Position numbers and translations under genes: made by a program. Below, in pieces: positions 58,103-64,000 of a stretch of 64,000 bases of DNA. The stretch's first letter is position 1; the number at the start of each line of letters is the position of its first letter. Source of the DNA: Piromyces finnis finn (taxonomy: Eukaryota > Fungi > Neocallimastigomycota); assembly GCA_002104945.1 (NCBI GenBank), contig MCFH01000041.1, positions 425,421 through 489,420 on the forward strand, written 5' to 3'. The notes below the pieces were generated by a model, which searched no databases, was not told the origin of the DNA, and saw nothing but the letters and a program-made list of their open reading frames with translations.

Positions 58103-60019
58103 TTATATTTCGCTTTCACTTGATGATGAACTATCACTTTCATCAGTTGGTTTATCTGATGAACAATATCCATCTTTAGTGCAGAATAAATTATTAAGAC
58201 ATTTTTGGTCACCTGAACGAGGACCACATCCATAATAATTATCATCTTGAGAATAAACTATGTGTTTACCATTATTAATAAAAATGTTTGGATTTCCTTC
58301 TAATATTCCATTAATAATATTCTTTTCTCCAATTTTATTTAAATATTTAAGCATACTCTTGGAATCGAATTTCTTATCAGGATGTTCACTCATAATAGTG
58401 GCTGCAACACCAACAACAATTGGTGAAGAATATGAAGTACCTACATCAATTTCATTATAATCATCTCCTAGTTTGTCTTGATATGAAACAGTGACATAAG
58501 CTGGCGCATGAATATTAACCTTTTTACCATAATTACTAAAGTAGGCAACTTCATAATTACTTGAATCCATTGTTTTATTTAAGAAAATTTTTGGTAATTC
58601 GGATTTAAGTGTCATATAGTTATTGTAAAGTTGACTTCCTTTCATATATAATTCATCATTAAATTCAACTCTTAATTGATTAGTGATTTCGGTGATTTCT
58701 ATTTCAAGTTTATGAAGTTTATTCTTTCCATAATTATCAACAGCTCCAACACATATAACATTTTCATATGAACATGGATAGAAGAATGGCTTATTATCTC
58801 TATCAACTTGAATACCTTCATTACCTGCTGCTGCTACAAAAACAGCTCCTTCATCTGCTAATTCATTGATAAATTCTTCCCAGTAATCAATCATATATTT
58901 ATCATTTTCCTTGAAGTAATCTAGGGCAAGACCGTATGAAAAGTTGAAAATAGCTTTATTTGGTCTAAATAAACTATCACGAATATGTTGCATGGCTGCA
59001 ATGAAATGAGATAATAGCATGACAGCTTCTTCAGAATAATCAGAAGGTTCATTATATGTTTTATTTTCGGAATCTTCATCTGGTTCTTCTTCCATAGCTA
59101 TACCATAAATATTGGCCTTTGGAGCAACACCATGGATTAATCCACCAGCTAAATCTGCAATTTTTTCACCATGATAAGAGTCTGACTTCTCACATACTTC
59201 TTCATCTTCACTTGCAACAATCTTGGCATTCTCAACCTTAAAAATACATTTTGCTATACGTTCATTTTTATTTGAAAATTCGGAGTGTCTAAAGTTAAAT
59301 CCATTATCAATAATGAAGATATCAACATCTTTTCCTGCTGTACTTGGATAGTAATAGGTTTTATCATATTCACCAATTAACTGATCATCGTATTTACCTT
59401 GAGAAATTAAGGAAAGATGAATATCAGAATCTTCTTTAGTGGCGACACCACTCCAATTTGTTTCTATTTCTATTCTTTTTAGATTATTATTAGCAGCAGA
59501 GGCGCGGGTTAGTTTAACATCAGGAACACAAGCCATTACATATGGTAATTTTTCGATAATATCAACAATATCTTTAGATAAATATGAATAAATAATAGTT
59601 TTATCATTCAAAGTAGAAATGGGATAGGCAAGATTAGATTCATTTTCATCATCACTTCTTTTCTTAAGACTTCTTTTTTCTAATGCTATATTTTTTTGTT
59701 CGAATTCTTGTAATTTTTTTGCATCTTCATAAGTTTCCTTGTTATCAATGATAATATCACTAATTTCACTAGATATTTCATTGATAAATTGATTTAAACT
59801 ACGTTTACTAAGATTTTCACCATCATCAGAAGTATTGTTAACAAGAATCATATAAAAATTATCATTATTTTTATTAACGTCATTATTATTTGATGGCTTT
59901 TTAATAAGATCATCAAAAGTTAAGGTTTCATAAGGAAAATCATGATTTTCGGCTCTAGCACCACTAAATAATTGAGAAACTACTCCTAAGATTGATAAAA
60001 TATTAATTCCAATTTTCAT
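58103..60019 (-). CDS. Secreted subtilisin-like S8 protease with a C-terminal Cys-rich chitin-binding (CBM18)-like motif, intronless
   Basis: Catalytic triad IIDNGF (D), YHGEKIA (H), GTSYSSP (S); oxyanion AAAGNEG. Signal peptide from ATG 60019 (MKIGINILSILGVVSQLFSGARA). Tail CGPRSGDQKCLNNLFCTKDGYCS. Confidence 0.92.
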   Translation of the reverse strand: MKIGINILSILGVVSQLFSGARAENHDFPYETLTFDDLIKKPSNNNDVNKNNDNFYMILVNNTSDDGENLSKRSLNQFINEISSEISDIIIDNKETYEDAKKLQEFEQKNIALEKRSLKKRSDDENESNLAYPISTLNDKTIIYSYLSKDIVDIIEKLPYVMACVPDVKLTRASAANNNLKRIEIETNWSGVATKEDSDIHLSLISQGKYDDQLIGEYDKTYYYPSTAGKDVDIFIIDNGFNFRHSEFSNKNERIAKCIFKVENAKIVASEDEEVCEKSDSYHGEKIADLAGGLIHGVAPKANIYGIAMEEEPDEDSENKTYNEPSDYSEEAVMLLSHFIAAMQHIRDSLFRPNKAIFNFSYGLALDYFKENDKYMIDYWEEFINELADEGAVFVAAAGNEGIQVDRDNKPFFYPCSYENVICVGAVDNYGKNKLHKLEIEITEITNQLRVEFNDELYMKGSQLYNNYMTLKSELPKIFLNKTMDSSNYEVAYFSNYGKKVNIHAPAYVTVSYQDKLGDDYNEIDVGTSYSSPIVVGVAATIMSEHPDKKFDSKSMLKYLNKIGEKNIINGILEGNPNIFINNGKHIVYSQDDNYYGCGPRSGDQKCLNNLFCTKDGYCSSDKPTDESDSSSSSESEI

Positions 60020-61614
60020 TTTTATTTTCTCTTCAAAGTTTAGAAAAAATATATTTTTTAGATTGTATTTAATTTCTGATATATAAGAATTATGAAGGAC
60101 TTTTTCATTTGTATTTATACTTTTTATTGTTATAATTATTATTGTTGTTGTTAGTGGAATAATTATTATTCGAATTATCATATAAAAGGTTAGATTTTGT
60201 ATAAATTTGTATTATTTGGTGTAATTTTCTATGAAAAAACTATAAAATGATTTTTTAATTATTGGATAATGATAAATTGGGTGAATTTAAGATATTTTAA
60301 AATATTTTTTAAAGATATTTTTTAATTTTGGTAATCAATTAAAAATGAAAAATATTATTTTTTAAGTTAATTTATAACATTCATATTAAATATTTTAGTA
60401 ATATATAATTTATTATATAATTTTATTATTTATGATATTTTTTTTTTTTTTTACCTTTTTAATATACGTTATTATAAAAGGTAAAAATAAAAGGTATATT
60501 TTTAAATATTTATGATCTATGATACGTATAATAGTTATACATAATAGTTATAATATTTTATAGTTTATTAACAGGAGTTTTTAAATTTCTTAATAAGAAT
60601 TAAATCTATATATAATATATAATATAATTAAAGTTATTAAATTACTTAATGTAAAAAGTTATAATTTTATTCAACTATGTACCAATTAATAATCAATGAT
60701 TTTATACAACACCTATCATTGAATTGTTAATTATAAATAATTGAATATTTAAATTTTCTTTTTTTTTTTTTGTGCAATTAATGCACATATAAAAAATAAA
60801 AAAAATAAACATTTTAAAAGTTTCAGTATAAAAAATGAGACATTTCAATATTTAATTATAATATTTATAGAATTAAATTTTTTTTTAGAACCTTAAATTT
60901 TGTAAAACTTTTTTTTTTCTACATCATAATAATATTGTTAAATTTTTCCGATGTTCTTTTAACTATATTACATGTAGATGAATAAATAATTTTTTTGAAT
61001 AAAGTAAAATAAAAAATGGTCGATGTTTATAACTACTTAACGATTCTTTCTTTTTATACATAAAATCTTTTTCAAATAACAATGGTCTTTTAATATTTAA
61101 CAACGTTTTAATAAATACAAAAATAAAACTTTTTTTTTAATATTTAAAAAAAAAGTACATATAAATGAAAAAATTGAAAGATTGTTTTTACAAAACTTTA
61201 ATAACCGGAAAAATATGTAATAATTTATTTTATTTATAATAACATATAGAAAAAATAAAGAGTATATATTATTTAAAATTAAAGTATTATTAAATAATAA
61301 TAATAATAAGTTCTATAATACTTTTAATAATACAAAAGGAATAATAAGTTTTTGATATACAAATTTAAAGTTATATAATTTTTAAAATTTTTTTTTATTT
61401 TATTTTTTTTAAATATTCACTATAAATATAATTATTTAATTACAATGATATTATTATAATTTTTAAATTCATAAATTTAAAATTTTTAACTCTTAAAATT
61501 ATTTTTCTCCACTTCTTTACATTTTTAAATTAAAACTGCATAATATAAATTCTATTTGATAAAGGATATATTTATAAAAAAATTTTTGAGGGGTAAATTA
61601 AAAAATAATATTGA

Positions 61615-62871
61615 TTAAACAGTTACAGTTATATTATTAGAGTTTTCAACTGAATTTAATACTGAATCAGCAACTTTACATTGTTCTTGTAATAATGAAC
61701 AAGAAAGTTCCTTTAAACTAGTACTTTTATTATTGTATGAAACTTCTTTTAAATGTGGAAAAGTAATATTATTTTGAGCAGCAGATATTAAAGCGTTAGA
61801 AGTATCACACTTAATGGATTCAAGACATTCTCTATTCTTTTCAATAAGGAAATCAAAAATAACAGAGGCTTTATTTAATTGAAGAAAAGCATAGTCAAGT
61901 TCCTTTAAATGATCAACGACACAATTTTCTTTAAGGGCTTTCATGAATTGAGCCATATCTTTAACTTCGAAATCAGAGGAGTAATTAGATAATAAACGGT
62001 TATTAAAACTAGCACCATTATTAACCCATCTTAATTGTTCTAAATTCTTACAACTAACAATAATATTAAGAAGAGAGTTGATGGATAATCTGGAACATCT
62101 TTCTAAATTGAAAACCTTAAGTTTATCAGCATGAATTCTAATGAGAGGATTTAAGATATAATCATTTAAGTTTGATGATTGAGAAATAGTTACAGAAGTA
62201 AGAGATGGACAATTACTCCATAACCAAATAAAAGCAGAATCATCAACCATAGTAGCATTTTGTAAATTAAGAGTATGGAGTTTTGTAAAACATTCAATTG
62301 GAATAGATTCTTGTAAATGTTCAGCAAAAACAGTCATATCATTAAAATCAAGAGTAAGAGATTCTAAAGAAAGAGCAGTTTTAGCATATTGTCTAAGAGT
62401 AAAGAAAAAGTTTGGAGCATCCTTTGAACTATTCTTTTCACTTGGAACCTTAAGAGCTAAAGATTTTAAATTACTACAGTGGGTTGAAAAATCAGTTAAA
62501 AGTGACTTTGTTTTGGTATCAGCATAATCAAATGAAAGAACGTTTTCATTTTCATTAGCATCACATTCATCAACAAGTGTAGTTAAATCTAAATGCTTTA
62601 TCATTTTTAAGTGATTGTAGGAATCACTAAATGAAGTAGTTTCTTCTTCTTCATTCATAATAGAAGAGATGGATTCTAAAGATTGATGAATTGATTTTAA
62701 ATGACCTAAACCATTAACATTTGGTGATTCCCATACACTAGAAATGAAGCAAGCATACCAATGTTTGTTAACTAAACAGCAGTTGGCTAATGATGAGACA
62801 TCTAAATTTTTTGAAATGATTGAAGCAATTTCAAATGGTAAATTGCTTAATTCAAAACTTCTTGCAGTCAT
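61615..62871 (-). CDS. F-box / LRR (RNI-like) protein, intronless
   Basis: N-terminal F-box LSNLPFEIASIISKNLDVSSLANCCLVNKHWY, followed by Cys-containing LRRs (CSNLKSLAL, CPSLTSVTI, CKNLEQL). Confidence 0.88.
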   Translation of the reverse strand: MTARSFELSNLPFEIASIISKNLDVSSLANCCLVNKHWYACFISSVWESPNVNGLGHLKSIHQSLESISSIMNEEEETTSFSDSYNHLKMIKHLDLTTLVDECDANENENVLSFDYADTKTKSLLTDFSTHCSNLKSLALKVPSEKNSSKDAPNFFFTLRQYAKTALSLESLTLDFNDMTVFAEHLQESIPIECFTKLHTLNLQNATMVDDSAFIWLWSNCPSLTSVTISQSSNLNDYILNPLIRIHADKLKVFNLERCSRLSINSLLNIIVSCKNLEQLRWVNNGASFNNRLLSNYSSDFEVKDMAQFMKALKENCVVDHLKELDYAFLQLNKASVIFDFLIEKNRECLESIKCDTSNALISAAQNNITFPHLKEVSYNNKSTSLKELSCSLLQEQCKVADSVLNSVENSNNITVTV

Positions 62872-64000
62872 TTGCTAATTTTTTAATAAAAAATAACGCT
62901 TAAGTTAATGTAAAAAAGTTTTAATAATTTTAAATTAGTTTTAATAATTTTAAATTAGAGAATTAATATGTTTTATCTTTTTAATAATAAAATTATTATA
63001 ATTATTATCTAAAGTAATAATTCTAATAGTAAAATAATTTTATTATTAAAGAAGAATAATATTATAGTAATTTTTTTATATTTATTAATTTCCTTCTTTA
63101 CAAAAATTATTTATTATTCTAAAAATGAATTATTAATGGTATAATAATTTTGTAAATTCGATTTTAATAAACAGCAGAGAAATGATTTTTTCTTCCTTAT
63201 ATACTAATGTTACTTATTTTTAAATAATAATAAAAGTATTTTATAATAATATTTACTTATTTACTATATTAAATATTAAAATATTCATTATTTACTATTT
63301 ATTTTTATTTTATAAATATTTATAGTAACAAATAATTAATATTTTTTCTTTTAATTTTATATTATCATGAAAAAAAAAAAAATATAACATTTTTATTATA
63401 CAAAAAAAAACAATTATTATATATTAGTATTTTATTTATTCTATTAATAATATTAATAAAACTTTTTTTTTTGCTACTTAATTTTAGGGTAACACAAAAT
63501 AAAAATAAGTAAATGACACTATATAAAAAATTTATTATTAACTATGTTACAGAAATAGCTTTACAATTAATATAAACAAAAAATAAATATATATAATAAT
63601 CATTATTGGATTTATTTTTTTTTTAATGTTTAATTTATTATTTTATTTTTATTATCCTATTGTCATTATGCATTAAGAATTTACATAATAGTTGGTAAAA
63701 GAATATTTTTATTAAGCTAACTTATTAATATATGTATATTATATTTAATATTTAATGCTATTATTTATATAATCACACATTCATCTCTATTTTTATAGAG
63801 GAATCAACAACTATCCTTAATTAAAACACACAAAAAATATACTACATAAAATTTATTTTTTATAAAGAGTTTTATAGTTCATGGCATTTTAATTCATCAT
63901 ATTTTAGCAAATGTTTATTATTTGTGTCATGTTTTACTAGTTGAATTAATGATATTTAATATTTATCAATAATTAAGGACAAAAAAAAAAGTTAAAATTA

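Noticed and set aside
60020-60181. N-terminal extension of the S8 ORF in the track
   Set aside because: Low-complexity Ile/Thr sequence upstream of a good signal peptide at ATG 60019; probably 5' UTR.

Overview
Very AT-rich eukaryotic genomic DNA from an anaerobic gut fungus (Neocallimastigomycota). The assignment rests on a hydrogenosomal [FeFe]-hydrogenase, a CotH protein with fungal dockerins, a pectin-lyase-fold GPCR and short GT-AG introns. The window holds about 13 host genes: hydA, a disordered orphan, a secreted LRR protein, ABCF2/Arb1, a U-box/vWA/Hint (Vint) protein, a bacterial-type GNAT, an ABCA transporter, an F-box/WD40 protein, a septin, a DHHC palmitoyltransferase, a GPCR, CotH-dockerin, an S8 protease and an F-box/LRR protein. 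It also holds two ~99% identical copies of a non-LTR retrotransposon with no visible endonuclease. One copy has a poly(A) tail, a 12-bp target-site duplication and a long 3' stem-loop. The most notable details are an (ATT)57 insert with a 7-bp flanking duplication that duplicates a splice acceptor, an in-frame TAA inside a CotH dockerin, a natural Walker-B E->Q in ABCF2, a Vint E3 ligase with a duplicated piece of its Hint domain, and a run of nine exact 72-nt one-LRR exons. All splicing, alignments and folds were done by eye; no database searches were run.
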